Counted from the stretch's first letter, positions 1 through 12,017 are shown. The stretch: DNA of 64,000 nt from an uncultured delta proteobacterium (GCA_963842085.1 CAWJET010000001.1:1696001-1760000); one strand, 5' to 3'. The notes: a model not told the origin generated them from the letters alone. Numbers and translations are program-made.

Positions 1-210
1 ATAGTTCGAACGTCAGGGGAAGGCACGCTCAGTATGAATCCAAACGCCGAAAGGAACCGGGAGAGAATCCCGTGGGAGTGTGTCTGCGACGTTTGAGTAA
101 TCACTGAATCAATACTTGGAACGCGTCAGGCGGCCACGGGTTTTGAAAAATCCGTGGCCGCTTTGTTTTTTCCGGATAACAACGCGCACGCGTTGAAGGC
201 AGGCAATCCG

Positions 211-951
211 ATGCTGGTAGAAGTGGAAAACTTGAGCAAGACGTTCGGCGAGTTTCTCGCCGTCGATAACGTGAGCTTCGCGATCGAGCGCGGCGAGATT
301 ATCGGGATGCTCGGGCCGAACGGGGCCGGCAAGACGACGACGATTCACATGATCCTGGGGCTGATCACGCCGACCTCGGGGCGCATCAGCATTTTCGGGA
401 AGTCGATGGGGACGCATCGCGGGGAAATCCTCGAGCAGGTGAACTTCACATCGCCGTACGTGGCGTTTCCGTTCCGGCTGACGGTGCTCGAGAACCTGAT
501 GGTGTTCGCGCGCATCTACAACCTGAAAAAGCCGCGCGCGCGAATCGACGAGCTGCTCGAGCTGTTCGGGATCACCAAGCTGCGCGACAAGGCGATCTCG
601 GGGTTGTCGTCGGGCGAGAACACGCGCGTCGGGCTGTGCAAGGCGTTCATGAACGATCCGCAACTGCTGCTGCTCGACGAGCCGACCGCGTACCTCGATC
701 CCGAGATCGCGTGGCAGGTGAAGAACGCGCTGCTCGAGGCGCAGCGCGAAAAAGGGACGACGATTCTGTACACCTCGCACAACATGGAAGAGGTGGAGCG
801 GATGTGTAAGCGGATAATTTTTCTGCATCACGGGAAAGTGATCGCGGCGGGCAGTCCGATAGAAATCACGCAATCGATCCTCGAAGAGGAACGCGAGGAA
901 CCGGCGCTGGAAGAGGTTTTCCTGCGCGTGGTCAAGGGCAAAGCAGCATGA
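211..951 (+). CDS. ABC-2 type exporter ATP-binding protein
   Basis: Walker A GPNGAGKTT, signature LSSGE, Walker B LLLLDEPT, H-loop TSH. ATG at 211 preferred over GTG at 154 because the domain starts at MLVEVENLSKTFG. Confidence 0.92.
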   Translation: MLVEVENLSKTFGEFLAVDNVSFAIERGEIIGMLGPNGAGKTTTIHMILGLITPTSGRISIFGKSMGTHRGEILEQVNFTSPYVAFPFRLTVLENLMVFARIYNLKKPRARIDELLELFGITKLRDKAISGLSSGENTRVGLCKAFMNDPQLLLLDEPTAYLDPEIAWQVKNALLEAQREKGTTILYTSHNMEEVERMCKRIIFLHHGKVIAAGSPIEITQSILEEEREEPALEEVFLRVVKGKAA

Positions 952-1736
952 AGGTACATCGCATCAACGCCGTGATCGTGCGGCATGTGTATGAGTCGCG
1001 GCGCAACTTCGATCGCGTCATCGACATGGTCTGGTGGCCGGTGCTCGACATCATCATGTGGGGCTTTTTCACGGTTTACCTGTCGCACAGCAACCGGCTG
1101 CAGCCGACCGTAGTTAGCTGCCTGCTCGGCGCGGTAATTCTGTGGGGAACCTTTTACAGCTTTCAGCGCGACATGGCGGTCGGTTTCATCGACGACCTGT
1201 GGTGCCGCAACCTGATCAACCTGTTCTCGACGCCGTTGACGCTGGCGGAATACACGGCCGGACTTATCACGGTGTGCATTCTGAAGGTGATGGTCGGCCT
1301 GCTCGCGGCGTCGGCGATCGCGTGGGCGGCGTACTCGTTCGACATCTTTCCGTGGCTGCCGAAATTCATTCCCTACATGGCGAACCTGTTGTTCTTCGCG
1401 CTCGCGCTGGGAATAGCGATCACGGGAATGATCTTTCGCTACACGACAAAAATCCAGGCGCTGGCGTGGAGCTTCGCAGGGCTGCTGATGCCGGTGTCGT
1501 GCGTGATGTATCCGATGTCGTCGCTGCCGAAGTGGTTGCAGGACATCGCGTGGATGCTGCCGACAACGCATTCGTTCGAAGGGATGCGCGCCGTTCTGGC
1601 CGGCAAGGGATTTTCGCCGATGCATTTCTGGTGGGGCGCCGGCTTGAACGTTATATACTTCGCACTGGCGATCGTGTTCTTCGGCTGGATCTTCGAGAAA
1701 GCGCGCACCCGGGGATTGTTGGTCAAGCAGGAATAG
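948..1736 (+). CDS. ABC-2 type exporter permease
   Basis: About six hydrophobic segments, C-terminal YPxSxLPxWLQxIAxxLPxTH motif, ATGA overlap with the ATPase gene. Confidence 0.88.
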   Translation: MKVHRINAVIVRHVYESRRNFDRVIDMVWWPVLDIIMWGFFTVYLSHSNRLQPTVVSCLLGAVILWGTFYSFQRDMAVGFIDDLWCRNLINLFSTPLTLAEYTAGLITVCILKVMVGLLAASAIAWAAYSFDIFPWLPKFIPYMANLLFFALALGIAITGMIFRYTTKIQALAWSFAGLLMPVSCVMYPMSSLPKWLQDIAWMLPTTHSFEGMRAVLAGKGFSPMHFWWGAGLNVIYFALAIVFFGWIFEKARTRGLLVKQE

Positions 1737-1852
1737 GCGGCGATGCGGGGCGCGATGGTTTTCGCTTTTGCTCTTGTGTGGCGGCGTTTTATCTTCCGCG
1801 GTCCGTTTCAGATTTGGATTGGACGCTAATTTTGCGCCGCACGGACTTCAAC

Positions 1853-1904
1853 TGGCGTCGACTGTGTTTCGTCGCTTAAAAGAGCACCGACGCCACATTT
1901 TTTT
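1853..1904 (+). terminator. Probable Rho-independent terminator between the ABC-2 genes and the kdp promoter
   Basis: TGGCGTCG (1853-1860) pairs with CGACGCCA (1888-1895), followed by a T7 tract (1898-1904). The inner stem is imperfect. Confidence 0.5.
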
Positions 1905-1917
1905 CTTGCGATTTCGA

Positions 1918-1953
1918 TGAAATTTGCACTTATGAGCACGTTGCAATTTGAAA
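1918..1953 (+). promoter_or_regulatory. Candidate upstream activator sequences for a sigma-54 enhancer-binding protein
   Basis: Two related near-palindromic AT-rich boxes, TGAAATTTGCA (1918-1928) and TTGCAATTTGAAA (1941-1953), lie 50-90 bp upstream of the -24/-12 element. Confidence 0.45.
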
Positions 1954-2005
1954 GGTCCCGCGGCCAGTGAACTGGAAACCGCTTGTGTAACAGACATTTC
2001 TGCAT

Positions 2006-2021
2006 TGGCACGCACGATGCT
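2006..2021 (+). promoter_or_regulatory. Sigma-54 (RpoN) -24/-12 promoter upstream of the kdp operon
   Basis: TGGCACGCACGATGCT matches the TGGCACG-N4-TTGCW consensus with exact GG-N10-GC spacing. The operon ends in a GAFTGA activator. Confidence 0.72.
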
Positions 2022-2064
2022 GTTAGCACCGTCGGAAGAGATGGGACGGAGGCCAGCAGTTCAA

Positions 2065-2412
2065 ATGTATCAACCCGTGGCAGCAGCGACGATGCGCCAT
2101 TCGTTTGCAATAAAGTTGCTCGACAGACTCCCCGGGCTGTTCGGGGCCCGTCGATACCTGTATCACTGCGCGCGCTGCAAGTGGTCCTTCATCGTCAACG
2201 ACGGCCGCCGCGGTGTGCTGACTCCGATTGACGAACATGGCCAGCCACTCGCGCACGACGAGGCCGCCGCACGTGCCGCGACCTTTGCGCTTGGCCCCTG
2301 CCCGGCGATGCGCAGGTTGGCGGGGGCGCACTCACACATGAGCGGCTCGAACGGCGCCGCTCTCCGGTTACCTGAAGAGCACCCAGCTCAAGCCGAACCG
2401 CGTCCGCGCTGA
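2065..2412 (+). CDS. Hypothetical protein with HCxxC and GPCP motifs, first ORF after the sigma-54 promoter
   Basis: Open frame 1948-2412. ATG 2065 follows GGAGG and lies downstream of the promoter. Codon usage looks coding. Start is uncertain (2041, 2065 or 2092). Confidence 0.55.
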   Translation: MYQPVAAATMRHSFAIKLLDRLPGLFGARRYLYHCARCKWSFIVNDGRRGVLTPIDEHGQPLAHDEAAARAATFALGPCPAMRRLAGAHSHMSGSNGAALRLPEEHPAQAEPRPR

Positions 2413-2449
2413 AAATTCGCACTAAACTCAATTAGCTCTGGACACTGCT

Positions 2450-2533
2450 ATGTGGGATTTGATTACGATTCTCGGCAGCGTCGCATTTTTTGCGATCGCG
2501 ATCGCCTACGTTTGGGGGTGCGAAAAGTTATGA
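2450..2533 (+). CDS. 27-aa single-TM peptide upstream of kdpF (MWDLITILGSVAFFAIAIAYVWGCEKL)
   Basis: Translated by hand. One hydrophobic helix ending YVWGCEKL, similar to small peptides found ahead of kdpF. Its stop overlaps the kdpF start (ATGA). Missing from the ORF track. Confidence 0.75.
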   Translation: MWDLITILGSVAFFAIAIAYVWGCEKL

Positions 2534-2622
2534 GCCCGGTCGAAACCGTTCTCGGAGGGGTGTGCGCCGTCCTGCTGGGCGCTTACTTGATTTACGCGTT
2601 GCTCCGCCCGGAACGATTCTGA
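2530..2622 (+). CDS. kdpF: K+-transporting ATPase subunit F
   Basis: MSPVETVLGGVCAVLLGAYLIYALLRPERF carries the diagnostic YLxYALxxPERF ending and sits directly before kdpA. Missing from the ORF track. Confidence 0.93.
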   Translation: MSPVETVLGGVCAVLLGAYLIYALLRPERF

Positions 2623-2646
2623 GTCGCGCCAGCCGGTACTATTTGC

Positions 2647-4374
2647 ATGCTATCCAATTCGGTGATCCAGCTTGTTGCTTTCTTTCTGCTCTTCACTGCC
2701 ATCAGCGTGCCGCTCGGTCTCTACATGGCGCGCGTGTTCTCGCATGAGCACACTTTTCTCGACCCGGTGCTGACGCCAATCGAGCGATCGATTTACAAGC
2801 TCTGTGGGATAACCCCCACCGTCGAGACGGGCTGGGCGGGCTACACGATTTCGATGCTCGCGTTCAGCCTGATCTCGATGGTCTTCCTGTACGCGTTGCA
2901 GCGGCTGCAGTACTATCTGCCGCTGAATCCGCAGGGGATGGCCGGGGTGCCGCCGGGACTGGCCTTCAACACTGCCGCGAGCTTCACGACCAACACCAAC
3001 TGGCAGGCATACTCGGGCGAGCAGACGCTGAGTTACCTGACGCAGATGATCGGGCTGACGTCGCACAACTTTCTCTCGGCGGCGGCCGGAATCGCGATGG
3101 CGGCGGCGGTGATTCGCGGGTTCGCGCGGCGCAGCGCAAAGACGATCGGCAACTTCTGGGTCGATCTTACGCGCACGACGTTGTGGGTGCTGATGCCACT
3201 CTCGATCATCTTCGCCCTCGTCCTGGTTTGGCAGGGCGTGCCGGACAACTTCAGTCCGTACGTGAATGCGAAGACGCTCGAGGGCGCCACGCAAACGATC
3301 GCCGAAGGGCCGGTGGCGTCGCAGGAAATAATCAAGGAGCTCGGCACCAACGGCGGCGGCTTCATGAATGCCAACTCCGCGCATCCGTACGAGAATCCAA
3401 CCCCGCTGACGAACCTGCTCGAGATGCTCGCGATCTTCTCGATTGGCGCGGCTCTGACTCATACCTTCGGCAAGATGGTGGGCGACCGCCGCCAGGGATG
3501 GGCGCTGTTCGCGGTGATGGCGATCCTGTTTCTCGCCGGTGCGGCGCCCGCGATGTGGGCCGAGCAACACGGCAATCCGCAACTCAGCAAGTTGGGGATC
3601 GATCAGCATGCCTCCGCGACGCAAAGCGGCGGCAACATGGAGGGCAAGGAAGTCCGCAACGGAATCGTCGAGTCAGCGATGTGGGCGACCGTCACCACCG
3701 ACACCTCATGCGGCGCCGTCAACTCGATGCACGACAGCTACACGCCGCTCGGCGGGCTGGTGCCGCTGGTCAACATGCAGCTTGGCGAGGTGATCTTCGG
3801 CGGCGTCGGTTCGGGCCTGTACGGGATGATCGTGATGGCCGTGCTGGCGGTGTTTATCGCGGGCCTGATGGTCGGGCGGACGCCCGAGTACCTGGGCAAG
3901 AAAATCGAGGCACGGGAAATGAAGCTCGCGATGCTCTACGTGCTGATCTTCCCCTCAGTCATTCTGATACCGACCGCTATCGGGGCCGTCATACCGGCCG
4001 GCCTGTCGAGCATTTCCAATCCCGGCCCGCACGGCTTGTCGCAAATCCTCTACGCGTTCACGGAAGCAAGCGCAAACAACGGCTCTGCCTTCGCGGGCCT
4101 CAATGCGAACGTGCCCTTCTACAACGTGACCATGGCGTTCGTGATGCTGCTGGGCAGGTTCATGATGGCAATCCCGGCGCTCGCGATCGCCGGCTCGGTC
4201 GCGGCCAAAAAAACCACCGCCGCCAGCGCCGGGACCTTCCCGACCGACGGCGTCCCGTTCGTGTTCCTGCTGATTGGCGTAATCCTGATCGTCGGCGCCT
4301 TGACATTTTTCTGCGCCGACGCACTCGGACCGATCGTCGAGCAACTGCTGATGATGTCCGGGAAACTCTTCTAG
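2647..4374 (+). CDS. kdpA: K+-transporting ATPase subunit A
   Basis: Selectivity-filter motifs [22 protein letters not shown]; [12 protein letters not shown]. Confidence 0.97.
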   Translation: MLSNSVIQLVAFFLLFTAISVPLGLYMARVFSHEHTFLDPVLTPIERSIYKLCGITPTVETGWAGYTISMLAFSLISMVFLYALQRLQYYLPLNPQGMAGVPPGLAFNTAASFTTNTNWQAYSGEQTLSYLTQMIGLTSHNFLSAAAGIAMAAAVIRGFARRSAKTIGNFWVDLTRTTLWVLMPLSIIFALVLVWQGVPDNFSPYVNAKTLEGATQTIAEGPVASQEIIKELGTNGGGFMNANSAHPYENPTPLTNLLEMLAIFSIGAALTHTFGKMVGDRRQGWALFAVMAILFLAGAAPAMWAEQHGNPQLSKLGIDQHASATQSGGNMEGKEVRNGIVESAMWATVTTDTSCGAVNSMHDSYTPLGGLVPLVNMQLGEVIFGGVGSGLYGMIVMAVLAVFIAGLMVGRTPEYLGKKIEAREMKLAMLYVLIFPSVILIPTAIGAVIPAGLSSISNPGPHGLSQILYAFTEASANNGSAFAGLNANVPFYNVTMAFVMLLGRFMMAIPALAIAGSVAAKKTTAASAGTFPTDGVPFVFLLIGVILIVGALTFFCADALGPIVEQLLMMSGKLF

Positions 4375-4390
4375 GTCTGGTGCTTCAAAC

Positions 4391-6433
<2,043 letters not shown>

Positions 6434-6443
6434 GGTCAATTCA

Positions 6444-7043
6444 GTGCGAACATTCATAACGGCACTCTTTGCGACCATCGTGCTCACCGTCCTCACCGGC
6501 ATCGTTTATCCGCTGGCAATCTGGGCCCTTGCGCAAACGATCTTCCCGGCCCAGGCAGGCGGCAGCCTGGTCGTTGCGGGCGACAAGGTGGTCGGCTCGA
6601 GCCTGATCGGGCAGAATTTCTCGTCGCCCCGCTATTTTCAGGGCCGTCCTTCCGCCGCCGGCGACAAGGGCTACGACGCCGCCAACTCGGGCGGCTCGAA
6701 TCTCGGGCCGACCAACAAGGCGCTGATCGACGCGGTCAAGTTGCGGCTGAAGAGCGTCATCGAAAGCAATCCAGGCACCGATCCGCACCAGGTTCCGATC
6801 GACCTGGTGACGGCTTCGGGCAGTGGCCTCGATCCCGAGATAAGCCCGGCGGCCGCCGACCTGCAGGTAGAACGTGTTGCCCACGCGCGCGGCATAAGCG
6901 AAGATCAGGTCCGGCGCTTGATTGCTGAAAACACGCGGCCGCGAGTGGCCGGAATCTTCGGCGAGCCCGGCGTAAATGTGCTGCTGCTGAACCTGGCACT
7001 CGATCGCGCCACCGGAGGTCATGGCGGAACTCCCGGGACTTGA
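6444..7043 (+). CDS. kdpC: K+-transporting ATPase subunit C
   Basis: N-terminal TM helix, YFQGRPSA, SGGSNLGP, VTASGSGLDPEIS, VNVLLLNLALD. Confidence 0.96.
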   Translation: MRTFITALFATIVLTVLTGIVYPLAIWALAQTIFPAQAGGSLVVAGDKVVGSSLIGQNFSSPRYFQGRPSAAGDKGYDAANSGGSNLGPTNKALIDAVKLRLKSVIESNPGTDPHQVPIDLVTASGSGLDPEISPAAADLQVERVAHARGISEDQVRRLIAENTRPRVAGIFGEPGVNVLLLNLALDRATGGHGGTPGT

Positions 7044-8204
7044 ATGAACGATGACAAACGACTTGAGCCCGAAGATTTTCTCGACCTGGCGCCCCAGCCT
7101 CAACGGGGACGGCTCAAAGTCTACATCGGCGCCGCCGCGGGCGTAGGCAAAACATACCGAATGCTCGAGGAGGCGCACCAACTCCGCGATCGGGGAGTGG
7201 ATGTCGTGCTCGGCTTCATTGAAACCCATCGCCGCCGCGAGACCGAGGAGCGGATTGGCGATCTCGAGATAGTTCCGCGCCGCAAGATTTCGTACAAGGA
7301 AGTTACCCTGGAAGAGATGGACGTCGAGGCAATCATCGCGCGCAAGCCCGACGTGGTGGTCGTCGACGAGCTCGCGCATAGCAACGCCCCCGGCTCGCGC
7401 CACCCAAAACGCTACCAGGACGTCGAGGAGCTCATCGGCACCGGCATCAACGTGATTACCGCCATCAACATCCAGCACGTCGAGAGCCTCAACGCGTTGA
7501 TGAAGCGCGTAACCGGCATCGAGGTGCGCGAGACGGTGCCGGATTCGTTCCTCGCGCGCGCCGATCAAATCGTCAACATCGACGTCGCGGTGGAGGCGCT
7601 GCGCGAACGGTTGCGCGAGGGCAAGATTTACCCGCAAGAGCAGATCGAAAACGCGCTCAAGAATTTTTTCAAGCCGAGCAATCTCGCTTCGCTGCGGGAA
7701 CTGGCGCTGCGCGAGGTCGCGCGCAGTCTCGACCGCCAGCGGATGGATCGCGAGTCGCTCAAGCGCGAAGGCGGCCACCGCGCCAACGTGATCGAGCGCA
7801 TCATGGTCGGACTTTCGTCCAACGCCGCCGACACCGGACAGCTGCTGCGCAAGGCTTCGCGCATCGCCGGGCAGCTCAACGCCGAATGGTTCGCCGTGCA
7901 CATCGAGACGCCCGCCGAGTCGGTGAGAAATATCGGCACCAGCGACTTCGTCGCGCTGCTCAACAACATCAACGTCGCCAGCGACCTCGGCGCCGAAACG
8001 GTGTGGCTCAAGTCCGACGATGTGGTCAAGGCGTTGATCGACTTCGCGCACGACAAGGGCGTGTCGAAGCTAATCGTCGGCCGGACCCATCAGCCGCGAT
8101 GGCGGCGGTGGCTCAAGGGCGACGTGGTGGCGCGGCTGGTTGCCGACGCGACCGACCTCGACGTGGAAATCGTCGCGACCGACGAACGGGAGGAATCGCG
8201 ATGA
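7044..8204 (+). CDS. kdpD: Stand-alone KdpD N-terminal domain plus USP domain (no TM or kinase region)
   Basis: RGRLKVYIGAAAGVGKTY, VDELAHSN, KRYQDVEEL, NIQHVESLN, then a USP-like domain. Ends at 386 aa without membrane helices or HisKA. Confidence 0.9.
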   Translation: MNDDKRLEPEDFLDLAPQPQRGRLKVYIGAAAGVGKTYRMLEEAHQLRDRGVDVVLGFIETHRRRETEERIGDLEIVPRRKISYKEVTLEEMDVEAIIARKPDVVVVDELAHSNAPGSRHPKRYQDVEELIGTGINVITAINIQHVESLNALMKRVTGIEVRETVPDSFLARADQIVNIDVAVEALRERLREGKIYPQEQIENALKNFFKPSNLASLRELALREVARSLDRQRMDRESLKREGGHRANVIERIMVGLSSNAADTGQLLRKASRIAGQLNAEWFAVHIETPAESVRNIGTSDFVALLNNINVASDLGAETVWLKSDDVVKALIDFAHDKGVSKLIVGRTHQPRWRRWLKGDVVARLVADATDLDVEIVATDEREESR

Positions 8205-9988
8205 ACGCACCCTCGCTGCAACGCCGTATCCGCAACGGCACGTTGCTGATGCTGGCGTTGGTCGTTCTGCTGGGCCTCTACACCCTGCCGCGAGTGTACG
8301 CGCTGGGCGGCGCAATCCGCGCGACCCTCTATCGCAACTACGTCAGCATCGAGGCCGCGCAGAACATGCACGCCGCGCTCAACACGCTGCAAGTGGCGGA
8401 GCACGACGGCCGCGCCAGGGACGTTCTGCCCAGCGCGCGGGACAATTTTTTGCAGTGGAACGACGTCGAGGATCACAACTTTACTGAAGTTGGCGAGCCC
8501 GAACTCGCCGCCGATATCACGCGGCGCGCCAACCAGTTGTTCGCCGACGTCGCCGCGGCCCCGCCCGGCACTTATCACGATCGCGAATTCGCCGAGTTGC
8601 ACGGGCGCCTCGACGATCTGATCGCCATGAACAAGGCGGCCATGTTCCGCGCGGACAGCCGCTCGGTAATGCTGGGCAAGCACCTTGCGTACGAATTCGC
8701 CGGCGGCCTGGTGCTGGTGCTGTTGGTGGGCGCCGCGGTTTCGTGGGGTCTCGGATGGCGCCTCTCCCAGCCGCTGACAGAGCTCGCGGAGCGCCTGCGC
8801 GGAATCAGCCAGCGCAAGTCGCAGGTGCGCCTGGGACCGCAGCCGCTCGCCGAGCTCGAGGCGGTCGCACGCGAATTCAATCAGATGGCCGAGCGCCTGG
8901 AACAGTACGACAAGCTCAACGTCGAGCGGCTGGTTTACGAAAAGAGCAAGACCGAGGCGATCATCGAGAGTCTTGAAGACGGCGTCGTGCTAATCGACGC
9001 GGACGGAATAGTCGCGCACATCAATGAGATCGCGTCGCTGATCCTGGGTGTCGATCCCCAGGACGCGCTCGGCAGTCCGTTCGACGATCTCAGCAGCAAC
9101 CATCCGCACTACCTGCGCGTGCGCGACGCGCTGCGCACGCTTCAGCGGGCCGGCCCGGACGGCCACCGCACTGAAATCGACCTTCACGTTCGCGGCCGCG
9201 AGCACTCTTACGTGCTGAAGCCGGTCCCGCTTCATCATACCGTCGGCAAGTCGCTCGGCACGCTGCTGATTCTGCAGGACGTGACCTACATCCGCGATCA
9301 GGATCGCGCGCGCACCAACCTGGTCGCCACCTTGTCGCACGAGCTCAGGACACCGCTCACCTCGCTCGCGCTGTCGGCGGAACTGCTGAGCCGCGATATG
9401 CCGGAGTCAAATCCCAAGAACCGCGAACTGCTGCAGGTAATCCTCGAAGAGTGTGTGCGGATGCGTCAACTTACCGACAACCTGCTCAACCTCGCGCGGG
9501 GCGAAGTGCCCGCGATCGCCGTCCAGCAGAAGCGTCTGGATCTTGCCCGGCTGGCTTCCGAGGTGACCAGGCGCTTCGCAATCCAGGCGCGCGAGAAGCA
9601 CGTCGAGCTCGAGGAGCACATCGGCCCGGTGCCCGAGATCATCGGCGACCCGGTCAAGCTCTCGTGGGTGATTTCAAACCTGCTCGGCAACGCGCTGCGC
9701 TACACTCCCGCCGGCGGGATCATCAAGGTGTCGGCGCTCGGCACCGAGCAGGCCACGCGGCTGGAAGTCACCGACTCGGGGCCGGGCATTCCAGCCGATA
9801 TGAAAGACTATATTTTCGAGCGCTTCGTGCAGTATGGTTCCGACGGCTTCGAAAAAGGATCGGCCGGCCTGGGTTTGTCGATCGTCAAGGAAATCGTCGA
9901 GGCCCACGGCGGCAGGATTTTCGTCGAGAGCGCCAACTCTCACGGCGCCCGCTTCATCGTCGAAATCCCGGCCGCGCAGGAGGCTTGA
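8201..9988 (+). CDS. Membrane sensor histidine kinase (periplasmic sensor-HAMP-PAS-HisKA-HATPase), KinB-like
   Basis: ATG 8201 overlaps the previous stop. Two TM helices, HAMP, PAS (AIIESLEDGV), H-box SHELRTPLT, N-box NLLGNALRY, DSGPGI, GLGLSIV. Confidence 0.92.
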   Translation: MNAPSLQRRIRNGTLLMLALVVLLGLYTLPRVYALGGAIRATLYRNYVSIEAAQNMHAALNTLQVAEHDGRARDVLPSARDNFLQWNDVEDHNFTEVGEPELAADITRRANQLFADVAAAPPGTYHDREFAELHGRLDDLIAMNKAAMFRADSRSVMLGKHLAYEFAGGLVLVLLVGAAVSWGLGWRLSQPLTELAERLRGISQRKSQVRLGPQPLAELEAVAREFNQMAERLEQYDKLNVERLVYEKSKTEAIIESLEDGVVLIDADGIVAHINEIASLILGVDPQDALGSPFDDLSSNHPHYLRVRDALRTLQRAGPDGHRTEIDLHVRGREHSYVLKPVPLHHTVGKSLGTLLILQDVTYIRDQDRARTNLVATLSHELRTPLTSLALSAELLSRDMPESNPKNRELLQVILEECVRMRQLTDNLLNLARGEVPAIAVQQKRLDLARLASEVTRRFAIQAREKHVELEEHIGPVPEIIGDPVKLSWVISNLLGNALRYTPAGGIIKVSALGTEQATRLEVTDSGPGIPADMKDYIFERFVQYGSDGFEKGSAGLGLSIVKEIVEAHGGRIFVESANSHGARFIVEIPAAQEA

Positions 9989-11319
9989 TGGCCAGGCTGC
10001 TCATCGTCGATGACGAGCGCAACATCCGCCGCAGCCTCACCGCGTTTTTCGAGTCGCTCGGCCACGAGGTTCGCGCCGCCGAGAACGGCGCGCAGGCGGT
10101 GGCGCTCCTGGTCGAGACGCAGTTCGAGCTGGTTCTGACCGACTACAAGATGGCCGAGATGAGTGGCCTCGAACTGCTGCGCGAAATCAAGCGGCGCCAG
10201 CCCGATTGCCTGGTGATCCTGATGACGGCGTTTGCGACCGTTGAAAATGCCGTCGAGGCGATGAAGTCCGGCGCCTACGACTATGTCACCAAGCCGTTCT
10301 CGCTCGAACAGATTAAGCACACCATCGATCGCGCTCTCCAGGTTCGCGTCCTGCAGGCGGAAAATCGCGCGCTCCGCAGCGCCATCGACGAGGAGCCGCT
10401 GCTCGAGTCCAGGAGCCCCGCGATGCAGCGCCTGCTCGAGACTGCCCGCCAGGCCGCCGCCAGCGATGCGACCATCCTGCTCACGGGCGAGAGCGGCACC
10501 GGCAAGAACGTTATCGCCCGGCAGATCCATCGATGGAGCCCCCGCCAAAACAAGCCGTTCATCGTCGTCAATTGCACCACGCTCTCCGAAGAACTGCTCG
10601 AGAGTGAGCTGTTCGGGCACGTGCGCGGCGCGTTCACCGGCGCGGTCAAGGACAAGCCGGGCAGGCTCGAGGCGGCCAACGGCGGCACCGTTTTCCTCGA
10701 CGAGATCGCCGACCTGACGCCGACCCTGCAGACCAAGTTCCTGCGCTTTCTGCAGGATCAGAACTTCGAGCGCGTCGGCGGCGAGGCAACCATTCACGTC
10801 GACGCGCGAATAATCGCCGCGTCCAATCGCGACCTCGACGCCGAAGTCGCCGCCCATCACTTCCGCGAGGATCTGTACTACCGCCTCAACGTCATCACCC
10901 TGCGCGTCCCTCCGCTGCGCGAACGCCGCGAGGATATTCTGCCGCTCGCGCAATGGCTGCTGAACGTCGCCGCCATACGCAATTCGCATCCCGGCCTCGC
11001 ATTTTCGCCTGGCGCGACCGCCGCGCTGATGCGTTACCGATGGCCCGGAAATGTGCGCGAGCTCCGCAACGCGATCGAACGCGGCACCGTCCTGATGCGC
11101 GGCCAGACCATCGCCCCCGACGACCTGCCCGATTCGCTGTTTCACGAATCGACCGAGGCCCTCGCCGGTATTCCCAACGCCGCCAGCCTCGATGAAGTCG
11201 AGCGCGAGCACATCGCGCGCGTCCTCGCCGGCAGCGCCACGCTGGAAGAAGCCGCCGACACACTAGGCATCAACGTAACAACCTTATGGCGCAAACGCCG
11301 CCGCTACGGAATCGAATAG
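9988..11319 (+). CDS. Sigma-54-dependent response regulator (REC-AAA+-HTH), AlgB/NtrC-like
   Basis: TGATG coupling to the kinase. REC (LLIVDDE), [33 protein letters not shown], Fis-type HTH (TLEEAADTLGINVTTLWRKR). Confidence 0.94.
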   Translation: MARLLIVDDERNIRRSLTAFFESLGHEVRAAENGAQAVALLVETQFELVLTDYKMAEMSGLELLREIKRRQPDCLVILMTAFATVENAVEAMKSGAYDYVTKPFSLEQIKHTIDRALQVRVLQAENRALRSAIDEEPLLESRSPAMQRLLETARQAAASDATILLTGESGTGKNVIARQIHRWSPRQNKPFIVVNCTTLSEELLESELFGHVRGAFTGAVKDKPGRLEAANGGTVFLDEIADLTPTLQTKFLRFLQDQNFERVGGEATIHVDARIIAASNRDLDAEVAAHHFREDLYYRLNVITLRVPPLRERREDILPLAQWLLNVAAIRNSHPGLAFSPGATAALMRYRWPGNVRELRNAIERGTVLMRGQTIAPDDLPDSLFHESTEALAGIPNAASLDEVEREHIARVLAGSATLEEAADTLGINVTTLWRKRRRYGIE

Positions 11320-11422
11320 TCACTTCAATAGCCACTCGTGAATCTTCGAATAGCTAGACGGTTGCTCAACTAATAGGTAGTCGTCCGGCGACTGAACGAA
11401 TTTCCGCTGCCGCGCTCGGGTC

Positions 11423-11460
11423 CCTCGCCCGTTATTTCACGGGAGAGGTTAGATGAGGGT
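11423..11460. repeat. REP-like palindrome, family B (CCTC(G/T)CCC...GGGAGAGG)
   Basis: CCTCGCCCGTTATTTCACGGGAGAGG has a near-identical inverted copy at 44848-44874. Confidence 0.7.
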
Positions 11461-11501
11461 TCCGCGACCCGCAGAACGCCGAAAGAGAGCGCGCAATTGT
11501 A

Positions 11502-12017
11502 TCAATCCAGCTCAGCAAATTCGCGCAACCGTTCAAACCAAATCAACTTATCCCTAAATCCCGGAAAGCTCGCATTCAGTCCGCTCGGATTCGGCAGCAC
11601 AAACACCCGCGCGCCGAATATCCGCTCCTCCTTCGGACCCACACCAAAGCCCTGCGCGATTCCAAAAAATCTTCGGTAAATACTCACGCCCACGAATGCG
11701 ACCACCCTTGGCTGCACTCGTCGAATCTTTCGCGCGAGCACTTGTTGTCCTGCGCGCATTTCAGCCGTGCTCAGCTCGGCCGCGGCCCGCGTCGCCCGCG
11801 CGCACAGGTTAGTCATCGCCAGGTCGAATTCCACCAGCCGCGCATCGTCCTCGCACTTGAGTTGCTCGGGCACGAGCCGCGCCGCATGGAGCAGCCGCCA
11901 GAACGGATTGCCCGGGCTGGCGAAATGATGCCCCATCTGCGCCGACCGCAGACTCGGATTGATCCCGACGAACAAAATTCGCGGCCGCGGTTTCAGGATG
12001 TCGCGCAGTTTTGCCAT
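11502..12017 (-). CDS. mug: G/U mismatch-specific DNA glycosylase
   Basis: ILFVGINP, GHHFASPGNPFWRLL, VLPNPSGLNA. Start placed at MAKLRDIL. Confidence 0.9.
   Translation of the reverse strand: MAKLRDILKPRPRILFVGINPSLRSAQMGHHFASPGNPFWRLLHAARLVPEQLKCEDDARLVEFDLAMTNLCARATRAAAELSTAEMRAGQQVLARKIRRVQPRVVAFVGVSIYRRFFGIAQGFGVGPKEERIFGARVFVLPNPSGLNASFPGFRDKLIWFERLREFAELD

Noticed and set aside
1737-2064. c-di-AMP (ydaO) riboswitch upstream of kdp
   Set aside because: The conserved GCTGAATCC / GGGGxACC / GGGGTGAAT / CCCGxCAGCT blocks are absent. A terminator plus sigma-54 promoter explains the region.
7886-8200. Long N-terminal extensions in the ORF track (7886, 9451, 24917, 42874 starts)
   Set aside because: They overlap upstream genes. 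Internal starts at 8201, 9988, 25034 and 43699 fit the domain boundaries and sit at or just after the upstream stops.
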